Shown here in pieces: positions 1 to 9,358 of a DNA stretch of 64,000 nt (position 1 is its first letter; each line of letters opens with the position of its first letter). Below the pieces are notes generated by a model. That model made no database searches. It saw only the letters and a list, made by a program, of their open reading frames with translations, and had not been told where the DNA came from. This DNA is from Thermoplasmatota archaeon. Its GTDB lineage: Archaea > Thermoplasmatota > Thermoplasmata > SG8-5 > JACRNV01. The stretch lies in assembly GCA_040753455.1 (NCBI GenBank), contig JBFMEL010000001.1:5810-69809 (forward strand), read 5' to 3'. The position numbers and the translations under genes are program-made.

Positions 1-555
1 AGCAAACGAACGTTTGAACTCAACTACAGCTTCCTCAGGACACTGCTGGACGAGGGGCTCGTCCTCAGGCGCATAAATATTCGGCAGGTGGCATCACTTG
101 CGAGGGAGTTTCCACCCACTCGTTACTACCGCGAGTTCAGAAAGTTCAAGGAAAGGGTGCGCAGGGAGATAGACCTGCAGATGATGCGGTGCGTGACCCC
201 AAGAGGGCGCGTGCTCAGGCGCGTGTACACGGAAATAAGGATAGGCGGATGCACCTACGGGCGCCAGATCGGCAGCTATCCCATCCTTGTCACGTTCCCA
301 TATCATGCAGAACTCCACACATATAAGGACGCACTGGTGACAGGGCATGGACCGCGCAGCCTCACAGCCGTGGAAACGCCGTTGAGCGTCAACACAGCGC
401 CCATGGGCGCCCTGGAGGCGCTGCCCGGCATAGGGAAGAGAAGGGCGATGAGGATTGCGGCAGGGAGACCTTTTAGGGATCTCTCTGAGTTTCTTGGCGC
501 CCTTGATGATCGAGCAATTGGGGAGCGCGTTGCTGAGCACCTGTGCTTTGAGTGA
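1..555 (+). CDS. Helix-hairpin-helix (ComEA-like) domain protein, 5'-partial. The frame is open from position 1.
   Basis: C-terminal motif GALEALPGIGKRRAMRIAAGRPF is typical of an HhH DNA-binding domain. No in-frame stop lies upstream to the window edge. Confidence 0.45.
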   Translation, partial: SKRTFELNYSFLRTLLDEGLVLRRINIRQVASLAREFPPTRYYREFRKFKERVRREIDLQMMRCVTPRGRVLRRVYTEIRIGGCTYGRQIGSYPILVTFPYHAELHTYKDALVTGHGPRSLTAVETPLSVNTAPMGALEALPGIGKRRAMRIAAGRPFRDLSEFLGALDDRAIGERVAEHLCFE

Positions 556-2107
556 AGACACTAGAGACATCACGTTTCTGGGTGCTGAGCCGCGACCAAA
601 CAGCTGCCAGGATGATTATACCTAACACGACAATAGGCTCGATGTAAGGTATCCCTCGCCCAGGGATCCTTTTCACCTCCCCTGGAGAACCGCTGGAGAT
701 GGCATATATATTTCCGCGCTGCGCAGCCCCCTCCGTGGTTGTGGTGCCCAGCCATATGGTAGGATAGAGATGCTCTGCCACCGCTGTGTCATGCCACATC
801 TGAAGGGGACCCTGCACTCTGCCTGGGATTTGAAACTTGAAAGCATATCTTTCCGTCCTTATGCTTTCGTCCGTGAATCTGTAGAGCCAGGAGAAATCGT
901 CGGAGAGATCGTTCGCGGTGCCGCTCATGTCCCTGGCGACTGCATATACACCTTTCCTGTAACGGACATCGAAGAGCGCTGGGACCTCAAACGTCACTTG
1001 CATAGTGCCTTTTTCCGTGGCGTCGTAGCGCACCTTGACCTCCTGCGTTTGGCTGATCACCACATACATAAACCCGCTGCGGGAGGTAATATATATCTCT
1101 GTCCCGTCCTGGTTGATCGCAGGGGTGTTGAGCGGCCCCTCGTCCACATCGCTCGGCGTCTTCATGATCAGCATTCCCCCCGCCCATTCACTGTTCAGTG
1201 GGGTGCCGTTCACCACGTTGATCACATGCAGCCTTGCAGCATCCGTGGCAATGTATGCAACCCTGGGATTCCAAGGAGTGATGGCGATGTCTGAGGAGAC
1301 TGTTTCCATGGTCTCGTATCTCCATATAAGGCTGTGGTCGCTTATCGAGACCCCATAGACAGAGCCGTTCACATCTGAGACCGTCACTATCTCGTACACT
1401 TCCGCTACCGCAGGGGCGTTCAGGGATGCATTTGAAAGATGCAGATCCCATTCCCTGGTCAGTTGCGCGCTGTCGTTGGAAAAAGAAAAGGCATAGAGCG
1501 TGCCGTTCTCGGTGGTTATGAAAAGTCGATCGTTCGCGATGCCGTCAGGATTATATACTACAGGATCGTTCGATATTCGACCGTCCAGGGGTCCTGACCG
1601 AGCGAGATTAATCCCCCTCGGTGCCCCAGGAGAATCCGCATCTTCGTTGTCCATGAGACAGTACACATACCCCTCCACCGTGCCGAAGATCACCCTGAAC
1701 TCTGCCCTGTCACGCACCACCTTGTCCCCTATGTTCTTGCACACAGGTGCGGTGGTGATGAACGCTGTGGGAAAGTCAGATGCATCGTTGAAGCTGGCTC
1801 TCCACATGAAGGTTCCGTCCGGTTTGAACGCCTCTATCGTGTTCCCATGCACCGCATACACCCTGTCTGACCTGGAGTCGAGCGACTTGGTCTCACCCAC
1901 ACGATATCCTATGGAAGTGTTCACAGGCTCGGTGAGTTGTACATTGAAGTAAACCTCAGGCTCCCGTATGTAATCCCAGCGCGGAATGAAATAGAAGATG
2001 ACCCCTGCTAACACTATCCCTGTCACTATCACCACTGCGAGGAACGCTATCATCGGCTTATGATCTCCTTCCTTTCCGAAGGGCATAGCCTCATCACCTC
2101 TCTCCAT
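473..2107 (-). CDS. Membrane-anchored surface protein with N- and C-terminal TM helices and a beta-propeller-like repetitive core
   Basis: 544-aa ORF. Hydrophobic segments sit near both ends (MIAFLAVVIVTGIVLAGVIFYF and IVVLGIIILAAVW). The body is rich in Y/W/G/N/T. Its 3' end overlaps the HhH ORF by ~80 nt. Confidence 0.5.
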   Translation of the reverse strand: MERGDEAMPFGKEGDHKPMIAFLAVVIVTGIVLAGVIFYFIPRWDYIREPEVYFNVQLTEPVNTSIGYRVGETKSLDSRSDRVYAVHGNTIEAFKPDGTFMWRASFNDASDFPTAFITTAPVCKNIGDKVVRDRAEFRVIFGTVEGYVYCLMDNEDADSPGAPRGINLARSGPLDGRISNDPVVYNPDGIANDRLFITTENGTLYAFSFSNDSAQLTREWDLHLSNASLNAPAVAEVYEIVTVSDVNGSVYGVSISDHSLIWRYETMETVSSDIAITPWNPRVAYIATDAARLHVINVVNGTPLNSEWAGGMLIMKTPSDVDEGPLNTPAINQDGTEIYITSRSGFMYVVISQTQEVKVRYDATEKGTMQVTFEVPALFDVRYRKGVYAVARDMSGTANDLSDDFSWLYRFTDESIRTERYAFKFQIPGRVQGPLQMWHDTAVAEHLYPTIWLGTTTTEGAAQRGNIYAISSGSPGEVKRIPGRGIPYIEPIVVLGIIILAAVWSRLSTQKRDVSSVFTQSTGAQQRAPQLLDHQGRQETQRDP

Positions 2108-2217
2108 GGTGCACCGCGCTCATCTGCATGCCCTAACATGGTATCTGCGATAGGGTATAAGAAAATTCTCTTCATGCCATCCTTGGTTGGAGAACCGTTA
2201 TCTACCCTGACGCGATA

Positions 2218-3513
2218 ATGGTGGCTGGTGACCGCATGAGACACGAGGCGGAATGGGTGCGCCAGCAGGTCAGGGAGCACCACAGATGGTTCAGCGCGTC
2301 CCTGCCCATGATCGCGTCCGAGAACCTGATCAGCCCGCTGGCGCGGGAGCTCATGATCTGCGACTTCTGCGATCGGTACGCGGAGGGGCTGCCAGGCGAG
2401 CGCTACTACCAGGGGAACGTATACGTGGACAAGGTGGAGCTGAAGGCGATAGAGCTGGCAAGGAAGCTCTTCAAGGCAGAGCACGCGGACGTGCGCCCGA
2501 TTTCCGGCACTGTGGCGAACATGGCGGTGCTCTTCGCTCTTGCAAAGCCTGGCGACACGATCACCACCACCGCACTCTCCGATGGGGCACATATCAGCAC
2601 TGCGAAGTTCGGTGCGGTGGGGCTGCGGGGGCTGAACCCTGTCACATACCCGTTCGACACCAGGGAGATGGTGATCGATATTGATGGCACTGCAAAGCTG
2701 CTCAGGGAGGTGAAGCCCAGGATCGCGCTGTTCGGGCAGTCTGTCTTTCTGTTCCCAGTGCCGCTGAAGGAGCTGGCAGATCTCTTCCAGGAGATCGGCT
2801 GCTATGTCTGGTACGATGCGGCGCATGTCCTCGGGCTCATCGCTGGCGGCAGGTTCCAGGATCCGCTGCGAGAGGGCGCGGAGGTGATCACAGGGAGCAC
2901 GCACAAGACCCTGCCAGGACCGCAGCACGGGATCCTGCTTGCGAATCCAAGGGACGAGAAGATGAGACGCAGCTTAGAGCGCGGGACGTTCCCCGGAGTG
3001 GTGAGCAACCATCACCTCAACGCAATGGCAGCGCTGGCAATCACACTCGCAGAGCACATCGTCTTCGGCGAGGCATATGCCGATCAGGTGATCAGGAACG
3101 CCAGAGCCCTGGGTCAAGCACTGCATGACGAGGGTTTCAAGGTCCTGTGCGAGCACAAGGGGTTCACAGCATCGCACACCATCGCCGTGGATGTGACGGC
3201 ACAGGGCGGCGGAGCGAGCGTAGCCCTGGACCTCGAGAGGGCGAACATCATCGTCAACAAGAACCTCCTGCCCTGGGACACCAAGCCCAAGAGCCCCAGC
3301 GGGATCAGGCTGGGCAGCCAGGAGCTCACGCGCCTGGGGATGAGGGAAGGGGAGATGAGGGACGTGGCAAGGCTCATCGGGCGCGTGGCGATAGACAGGG
3401 AGTCGCCTGAGAAAGTAAAGGAGGACGTGGCAGAGCTCAGGCGCTCCTTCAACACTATTCATTACTGCTTCACAGAAGGGATGGAGGCTTACAAATACCA
3501 CAGCATCGTGTGA
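2218..3513 (+). CDS. glyA: Serine hydroxymethyltransferase
   Basis: Motifs IASENLISP, GSTHKTLPGP and YQGNVYVD over the full 431 aa. Confidence 0.9.
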   Translation: MVAGDRMRHEAEWVRQQVREHHRWFSASLPMIASENLISPLARELMICDFCDRYAEGLPGERYYQGNVYVDKVELKAIELARKLFKAEHADVRPISGTVANMAVLFALAKPGDTITTTALSDGAHISTAKFGAVGLRGLNPVTYPFDTREMVIDIDGTAKLLREVKPRIALFGQSVFLFPVPLKELADLFQEIGCYVWYDAAHVLGLIAGGRFQDPLREGAEVITGSTHKTLPGPQHGILLANPRDEKMRRSLERGTFPGVVSNHHLNAMAALAITLAEHIVFGEAYADQVIRNARALGQALHDEGFKVLCEHKGFTASHTIAVDVTAQGGGASVALDLERANIIVNKNLLPWDTKPKSPSGIRLGSQELTRLGMREGEMRDVARLIGRVAIDRESPEKVKEDVAELRRSFNTIHYCFTEGMEAYKYHSIV

Positions 3514-3588
3514 GGATGCTGTGTGGTGTGACTCTACCAGCCAGTATCCTATAGACACATCTCTACAGCGAATCCCATCACGCGCAGG

Positions 3589-4518
3589 TCAGCCATAGCT
3601 GTGAGTTCCGAGGAGTGCAACGATCCCCAGCTCCCTTCGTTCCCAGGCTTCGAGCGCGCTCACCATACATTCCAGGTTCGGGCATTTGGCTTCTAAGGCA
3701 TGCACGGTCTCGCGCTCTATTCTTTCGAGGTCATCCCCTGCCCTCAGCACAAAGAAGATGCTGGTGATAGTCCTCGGGTTCACCTGCAGCCATGGGGAGG
3801 CGAGGAGACGCTCCACCAGCGCGGTACCCCCTCCATCGGCAGGTATCTCCAGGCTCTCGAGCTCCAGGACGTCGGAGAGGCGGAGGACCTTCCGCAAGCT
3901 CCGCATTTCCTCTATTGAAACGAACCTGGAGACCTCGAGGGGTACGAGGGCAGCGAGGCATGACATCACGTCCAAAGCACGTGCAAAGGTCAAGCCTTTG
4001 GCTATAGCCGAGAGCCTGTCGTTCCTCAGGAGGAGCAGTCCATCACCCTCAGCCCTGAGCAGACGCGCCTGCTCCAGCGCACTCTCCCTTCTCACTGTGC
4101 CCTCCACCCCAAAGGGGACGATGGCTGTGCAGAGCGCAGGCACCTGCATGCGCCCGCATTCCCTCAGACCCGCGCGGGCAGACTCCCAGCCCGAATCGCC
4201 ACCTAACCCTGTGACCACTGTTGCGAAGTGCATGCCATCGAGCGCAGAGCGCAGGGCGTCCACAGCACGCACCCTTCCGCTCAGGTTTACCCTGGGGTCT
4301 GCGGTGAGGATCGCCCTTGCGTCCTCCATGCTCATCCGGATCTTCACATCTGCCTGAAGGGCGCTTAAGCGCTCCTGGGCACTGTTGAGCGCGATGGTCG
4401 TGATCCCCTCACTCTTAGGGAGGGAGTGCACAACGTTGCATCCGGCACCTCCGCAGCCTGCGATCGCCACTCTAGCCCTTGAACTGCCATCTATTCCTAT
4501 ACGGAGAAGGGTCATCAT
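3589..4518 (-). CDS. Divergent FtsZ/tubulin-superfamily GTPase. Likely start is the internal Met (MMTLLRIGIDG).
   Basis: N-terminal glycine loop AIAGCGGAGCNVV (FtsZ GGGTGN-like) and a tubulin-signature-like GLGGDSG. The ORF track extends it to 4653. Confidence 0.6.
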   Translation of the reverse strand: MMTLLRIGIDGSSRARVAIAGCGGAGCNVVHSLPKSEGITTIALNSAQERLSALQADVKIRMSMEDARAILTADPRVNLSGRVRAVDALRSALDGMHFATVVTGLGGDSGWESARAGLRECGRMQVPALCTAIVPFGVEGTVRRESALEQARLLRAEGDGLLLLRNDRLSAIAKGLTFARALDVMSCLAALVPLEVSRFVSIEEMRSLRKVLRLSDVLELESLEIPADGGGTALVERLLASPWLQVNPRTITSIFFVLRAGDDLERIERETVHALEAKCPNLECMVSALEAWERRELGIVALLGTHSYG

Positions 4519-4577
4519 CGCCCTCGAAGATATAGAAGGGCACGCATACTTTAAAATGACGGCATCATTGTCCCTCG

Positions 4578-5060
4578 ATGTTCGTCTTGGATGCCTCTGC
4601 CCTGCGCTCCGGTCGCTGCCTCTCAGTAGATGGGGAGATGGCCACCACCCCAAAGATACTGGAGGAGGTGAAGAGGGGTAACGCGGGAGAGATGGTTCAG
4701 TACCTCATAGAGGCGGGGCTGAAGGTCTTCTCACCTTCTCGGGATGCTCTGAGGGCTGTCAGCGAGGCAGCGAGGGAATGGGGAGAGGCAACACGCCTTT
4801 CCCAGAGCGACATAGAACTCCTGGCGCTTGCGCTCGAAACCCGCTCTACCATACTCACGGATGACTACTCGATCCAGAACATGGCGCGGGTATTGGGGAT
4901 CGATCACATGGGGATAGAGCAGGTTGGGATCACCGAGGTGTGGCGCTGGCGTGCGGTCTGCAGCGGCTGCAGAAGGGTGTATGACAGCCCGATGAGGGAG
5001 TGCCCTGTGTGCGGCTCTGAGATAAGATCTGGACGCCCTACAAGGGTGGGGCGAGCGTAA
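4578..5060 (+). CDS. nob1: Nob1-like endonuclease (PIN domain plus C-terminal zinc ribbon)
   Basis: PIN-like N-terminus (FVLDASAL) and CSGCRRVY...CPVCGS zinc ribbon. This is the archaeal Nob1 architecture. Confidence 0.7.
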   Translation: MFVLDASALRSGRCLSVDGEMATTPKILEEVKRGNAGEMVQYLIEAGLKVFSPSRDALRAVSEAAREWGEATRLSQSDIELLALALETRSTILTDDYSIQNMARVLGIDHMGIEQVGITEVWRWRAVCSGCRRVYDSPMRECPVCGSEIRSGRPTRVGRA

Positions 5061-5154
5061 GCCTCCGGCACCCCTTCAAGATCACGGGTTCTCCCTCGGA
5101 GCTCCCAGGAAAAATATATCGTTCTGATGGGTGATGATAAAAGCGAGGTGATAG

Positions 5155-5373
5155 ATGATGAGCGACTTGGACTCGCTTACTAACCTCAACAGAGAGGTCT
5201 CCGAGATACTGAAGGCGTACCTAGATTACTGCGGACGCATTGTGAGCGCAGCCGTGAGCTCACAGGGGTACCACCTGGACAAGTTCAGGCAGATCAGCGA
5301 CGAGCTGGTCATCACCCCCGAGGAAATAGTCCAGCTCGTGGACAGAATCCAGATCGCACTCAGCAGAGTCTGA
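5155..5373 (+). CDS. Small hypothetical protein (72 aa)
   Basis: A GAGGTGA RBS lies 5 nt upstream of the ATG. Codon usage matches the neighbours. No recognisable motif. Confidence 0.4.
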   Translation: MMSDLDSLTNLNREVSEILKAYLDYCGRIVSAAVSSQGYHLDKFRQISDELVITPEEIVQLVDRIQIALSRV

Positions 5374-5444
5374 GCACAGCGTCCCAGCGATTTCACACTG
5401 CCCCATCAAATACTATTTATCTAACCTGCCCATCCACAGGGCTC

Positions 5445-6404
5445 GTGAAGACCGCGCTAGTCACCGGGGGCTGCGGGTTCATAGGCAGCCATCTGATCGA
5501 TCGGCTCTTGGCCGAAGGGTATAAGGTGAGGAACATTGATAACCTCGCCACAGGGTTCGAGGTGCATGTAGCCCCTCACAAAGGCAACCCAGGGTTCGAG
5601 GACATGCGCTTCGATCTCTCCGACCTCGAAGCCACAGTGAAGGCGATGGAGGGGATCGAGGTGGTGTTTCATCTGGCGGCGAACGCGGATATCAGGCATG
5701 GCCTGGAGGACACCTTCAGGGACCTGGAAAGGAACCTGCACACCACCTACAACGTCCTGGAGGCGATGAGGATCGGGGATGTGAAGGAGATGATCTTCTC
5801 ATCCTCTGCAGCCATGTATGGCGATCAGGAGATCTTTCCCACCCTGGAGGATGCTCCGAAGGTGCAGACATCGTTCTACGGGGCATCGAAGCTCGCGTGC
5901 GAGGCATACATCGAGGCGTTCTGCGAAGCGTACGGCATGCGCGCGTGGATCTTCAGGTTCGTGTCTGTGGTCGGGGAGCGGCACCCGCATGGTGTGACCT
6001 ACGACTTCGTGCACAAGCTTCTATCCAATCCCAAGGAGCTGGAGATCTTGGGGGACGGCACGCAGCGCAAGTCCTTTTTGTACATAGGGGATTGCATCGA
6101 GGGCTTCCTGCATGCATACCATGCCACCAAAGGTAAAGTCAATCTCTTCAATATCGGCACAGAGGAGACGATGGTGGTGGACAGGGTCGCAGATATCATC
6201 ATCGATGAGATGGGACTACGAGGCGTGAAGCGCAGGTACACGGGCGGGAGGCGCGGGTGGATAGGTGACGCGCCCACAGTGCACCTCTCCATAGACAAGA
6301 TCAAAGCACTGGGCTGGAGCCCGCAGGTGGGTATAGAGGAGGGGATCAGGAGGACTGTGCGCTGGCTCCTGGCTAACCAGTGGATATACGAGAGAAGGCG
6401 GTGA
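5445..6404 (+). CDS. NAD-dependent nucleotide-sugar epimerase/dehydratase (SDR family)
   Basis: Rossmann motif VTGGCGFIGSHL and catalytic YGASK. It is adjacent to heptose nucleotide-sugar genes. Confidence 0.85.
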   Translation: MKTALVTGGCGFIGSHLIDRLLAEGYKVRNIDNLATGFEVHVAPHKGNPGFEDMRFDLSDLEATVKAMEGIEVVFHLAANADIRHGLEDTFRDLERNLHTTYNVLEAMRIGDVKEMIFSSSAAMYGDQEIFPTLEDAPKVQTSFYGASKLACEAYIEAFCEAYGMRAWIFRFVSVVGERHPHGVTYDFVHKLLSNPKELEILGDGTQRKSFLYIGDCIEGFLHAYHATKGKVNLFNIGTEETMVVDRVADIIIDEMGLRGVKRRYTGGRRGWIGDAPTVHLSIDKIKALGWSPQVGIEEGIRRTVRWLLANQWIYERRR

Positions 6405-6405
6405 G

Positions 6406-7107
6406 ATGGTCACCCAGGCAGTGATCCTAGCTGGTGGACTGGGCACCAGGCTTAGACCCATCACATACCGGCTTCCAAAGTCCATGGTAGATATCGGCGG
6501 AGAGCCGTTTCTATCCCATCTCGTCAGGTGGCTCGGCAGCCAGGGGATCGAGCGCGTGCTGCTGTGCATCGGGTACCTGGGGGAGGTGATAGAGCGTTAC
6601 TTCGGCGATGGTGCCCCCTTTGGTGTAAGGATCGAGTACGCCAAGGAGCAGGAGCCCATGGGCACGGGGGGTGCACTCAAGCTCGCCTCCCCCTTCCTGC
6701 ACGAGAGTTTCGTGGTGCTGTATGGTGACAGCTTCGTTCCCATCAGGATTGGCTCCCCTGCCTCATTCTTCTCAGCCAGAGACTGCCTGGGGATGATCAC
6801 TGTCTACGAGAACCGCCCAAAGATAGCGGAGAACAACGTGCGCCTGGAACCTGATGGGCGCATCACCTGCTACGACAAGACATCCTCTGCATCGAATCTG
6901 AACGGTGTGGAGGCTGGTGTCACCTTTCTGAGGAGAGAAGCTCTGAACCACCTGCCACCTGGGAGGTCGTCTATGGAACAGCACCTCTTTCCACAACTAA
7001 TAAGAATGGGACAGCTCATTGGGTACCCCACTCCCGAGCGCTTCTGGGATATCGGGACCCCAGAGGGGCTGGAGGCAGCCAGGAGGCACCTCTGTGACGC
7101 TCATTAG
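6406..7107 (+). CDS. hddC: Sugar-phosphate nucleotidyltransferase (D-glycero-D-manno-heptose 1-phosphate guanylyltransferase-like, HddC)
   Basis: AVILAGGLGTRLRPIT...PKSMV nucleotidyltransferase signature. It sits in a cluster with gmhA, hddA and gmhB. Confidence 0.75.
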   Translation: MVTQAVILAGGLGTRLRPITYRLPKSMVDIGGEPFLSHLVRWLGSQGIERVLLCIGYLGEVIERYFGDGAPFGVRIEYAKEQEPMGTGGALKLASPFLHESFVVLYGDSFVPIRIGSPASFFSARDCLGMITVYENRPKIAENNVRLEPDGRITCYDKTSSASNLNGVEAGVTFLRREALNHLPPGRSSMEQHLFPQLIRMGQLIGYPTPERFWDIGTPEGLEAARRHLCDAH

Positions 7108-8101
7108 CAGGGCACCGGTGCGCATCAGCTTCGGGGGCGGAGGCACAGACCTCGCCTCTTACTATGAGAAATACGAGGGGATGGTGGTCAGCGCAGCGAT
7201 CAGCAAGTACATCTACGCGATCCTAGAGCTGAGAGAGGACGACCGGATCCAGATCATCTCATCAGACCTGCAGTTGAACCAGACCGTGAGCGACTTCTAC
7301 CACCTGAGGTTCGGCGAAGGGCTGGACATCCCGGTGGCGGTGATCAAGCGCTTCGGGGTTCATCGGGGGATGAACATCTTCCTGGCATCGGAAGTGCCTC
7401 CGGGCACAGGGCTCGGATCCTCGGGCGCTGTCTGCGTCAGCATGGTGAACCTGTTCAACGAGCTGGAGCGCATGAAGATGGGGGAGCAGGAGATCGCTGA
7501 AACCGCTTATGCGATTGGTCACGACGACCTCGGGATGCCGATCGGCAAGCAGGACGAATATGCCTCGGCATTCGGGGGTGTGAACGCGATATACTTCTCC
7601 AAGGACGGGGTGCGGGTGGAACCCATGAAGATCACAGAGGAGGTGCGCAGGCGTCTCGAGGAGGACGTGCTCCTCTTCTTCACCGGGCGCACAAGGGATT
7701 CTTCGAAGATACTCACCTCCCAGGACAGCTCCGCCAGCAAGGGGGACAGCGCTGTAGTAGAGGGGCTGCACGAGATTAAAGCACTGGGGATGCAGATAAA
7801 GGAGAGTATCGAAGATGGGGATCTACAGAGGATGGGCGAGCTCCTTGACAGGTCCTGGGCGAGGAAGAGGCACCTTGTCAAAGGGATCAGCAACCCCAGG
7901 ATCGACGAGATATACGAGGTGGCGGCAGCGCACGGCGCTGTGGGCGGGAAGCTCACTGGCGCCGGGGGCGGTGGATATCTCATGCTCTACTGCCCGAAGA
8001 AGGACCAGCATGGTCTAAGGGCTGCACTTTCCAGGCTCGAGCTCAGGGAACTGGACTTCAAGTTCGACATGGAGGGGGCAGAGATCGTCACAGGAGGATG
8101 A
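7094..8101 (+). CDS. hddA: GHMP-family sugar kinase (D-glycero-D-manno-heptose 7-phosphate kinase-like, HddA)
   Basis: GHMP ATP-binding motif PPGTGLGSSGA. A GTG start at 7094 is preceded by AGGAGG. The ORF track start at 7019 would overlap the upstream gene. Confidence 0.75.
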   Translation: MTLISRAPVRISFGGGGTDLASYYEKYEGMVVSAAISKYIYAILELREDDRIQIISSDLQLNQTVSDFYHLRFGEGLDIPVAVIKRFGVHRGMNIFLASEVPPGTGLGSSGAVCVSMVNLFNELERMKMGEQEIAETAYAIGHDDLGMPIGKQDEYASAFGGVNAIYFSKDGVRVEPMKITEEVRRRLEEDVLLFFTGRTRDSSKILTSQDSSASKGDSAVVEGLHEIKALGMQIKESIEDGDLQRMGELLDRSWARKRHLVKGISNPRIDEIYEVAAAHGAVGGKLTGAGGGGYLMLYCPKKDQHGLRAALSRLELRELDFKFDMEGAEIVTGG

Positions 8102-8105
8102 AACG

Positions 8106-8693
8106 ATGAGCGATTTCAAACAGGGGTTCATGGACAGGTACTTGGAGGACGTGATCCAATGCCTCAGGAAGATGCAGGCAGACCTCGCACCCTTCGAGCA
8201 CCTGACCGAGGTGCTGCTGGATGCAAGAGCGCGAGGAGCTACGATCTTCCTCATGGGGAACGGCGGAAGCGCATCCACAGCCTCGCACTTCGCCAGCGAT
8301 CTGGCAAAGGGCACGATCTCCGAGGGCGCACCGAGATTCAGGGCTATCTCGCTCGCTGACAACATCCCCCAGCTCCTTGCCTGGGCGAACGATGCCTCAT
8401 ACGAGGATATATTCGTGGAGCAGCTGAAGAACCTCCTGAGCCCCGGGGATGTGGTGATAGGGATCAGCGGCAGCGGCAATTCCCCAAACGTGCTCAAGGC
8501 AGTGAGATATGCGAAGGAGCAAGGGGCGACGACGATAGGGCTCACAGGGTTCAAAGGCGGTAAGCTGGCAACACTGGCAGACCTCGTGTATGTGGTGCCG
8601 CTCCACTACATGCAGCAGATCGAGGACATCCATCTCCTGATCGAGCACATGATCACCTCAGCCATACGCGAGGAGGCAGGGCAGGTTGGCTGA
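8106..8693 (+). CDS. gmhA: Phosphoheptose isomerase (SIS domain)
   Basis: SIS motif IFLMGNGGSASTASHFASDL. 195 aa. Confidence 0.8.
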   Translation: MSDFKQGFMDRYLEDVIQCLRKMQADLAPFEHLTEVLLDARARGATIFLMGNGGSASTASHFASDLAKGTISEGAPRFRAISLADNIPQLLAWANDASYEDIFVEQLKNLLSPGDVVIGISGSGNSPNVLKAVRYAKEQGATTIGLTGFKGGKLATLADLVYVVPLHYMQQIEDIHLLIEHMITSAIREEAGQVG

Positions 8694-8761
8694 GCGTCCA
8701 TGAAAAAAGTGTATCCTTCCCTGGCGCATCTCTCTCCAAAACGATCCCTGGGGTATGACCT

Positions 8762-9292
8762 ATGAAGCAGATCGCTGATATCCAGAGACCGCCCAGCAAG
8801 GGGCTGAAAGCCATCTTCCTGGACAGGGATGGGGTGATCAACCGAGAGCTGGAGCACGGCTATGTGACGCGCTGGGAGCAGTTCGAGTTTCTTTCTGGAG
8901 TGCTGGACGCCCTTGCGCTGATAAAAAGAGCTGGCATCCCAGCGATCATCATCACGAACCAATCCTGCATCAACCGCGGCTTGGTCTCGAAGGAAGAGAT
9001 CGAGCGCATCCATGAGCTGATGGAGGCGGAGATCGAGCGCCGGGGTGGGCAGATCAGCGCCATATACCTCTGCCCTCACAGACCTGACGAGGGGTGCGAG
9101 TGCCGCAAGCCGCGTCCATGCTTGCTTCAGGATGCGATGCGGGACTTCGCGCTCAAGCCCGAAGAGGTGCTTTTCATCGGCGACCATGACAGGGACAGAG
9201 GCGCTGCAGAGGCGGCAGGGACCAGATTTGAGATCGTGCGGGAGGGCAGAGGGCTCCTGGCGATCGTGAGAGCGCTCATTGACTGCCCTTAA
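8762..9292 (+). CDS. gmhB: D,D-heptose 1,7-bisphosphate phosphatase (HAD family)
   Basis: HAD motif I (FLDRDGVIN) and motif III (FIGDHDRD). The CxH...CxC zinc motif typical of GmhB is present. Confidence 0.8.
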   Translation: MKQIADIQRPPSKGLKAIFLDRDGVINRELEHGYVTRWEQFEFLSGVLDALALIKRAGIPAIIITNQSCINRGLVSKEEIERIHELMEAEIERRGGQISAIYLCPHRPDEGCECRKPRPCLLQDAMRDFALKPEEVLFIGDHDRDRGAAEAAGTRFEIVREGRGLLAIVRALIDCP

Positions 9293-9358
9293 TGATCGTT
9301 TTTGGAGCGGGACAAGAGCAGCGCAACCCTTATCTCCCCAGTGCCCGTTTGCCCCGCC

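Noticed and set aside
2253-2684. 143-aa ORF in an alternative frame inside glyA, plus other short antisense ORFs 2406-3558
   Set aside because: They lie entirely within the well-supported glyA reading frame. Such ORFs arise from GC-rich frame artefacts.
3686-4357. 223-aa plus-strand ORF, S/R/A-rich
   Set aside because: Antisense to the FtsZ-like gene. Low-complexity composition typical of high-GC shadow ORFs.
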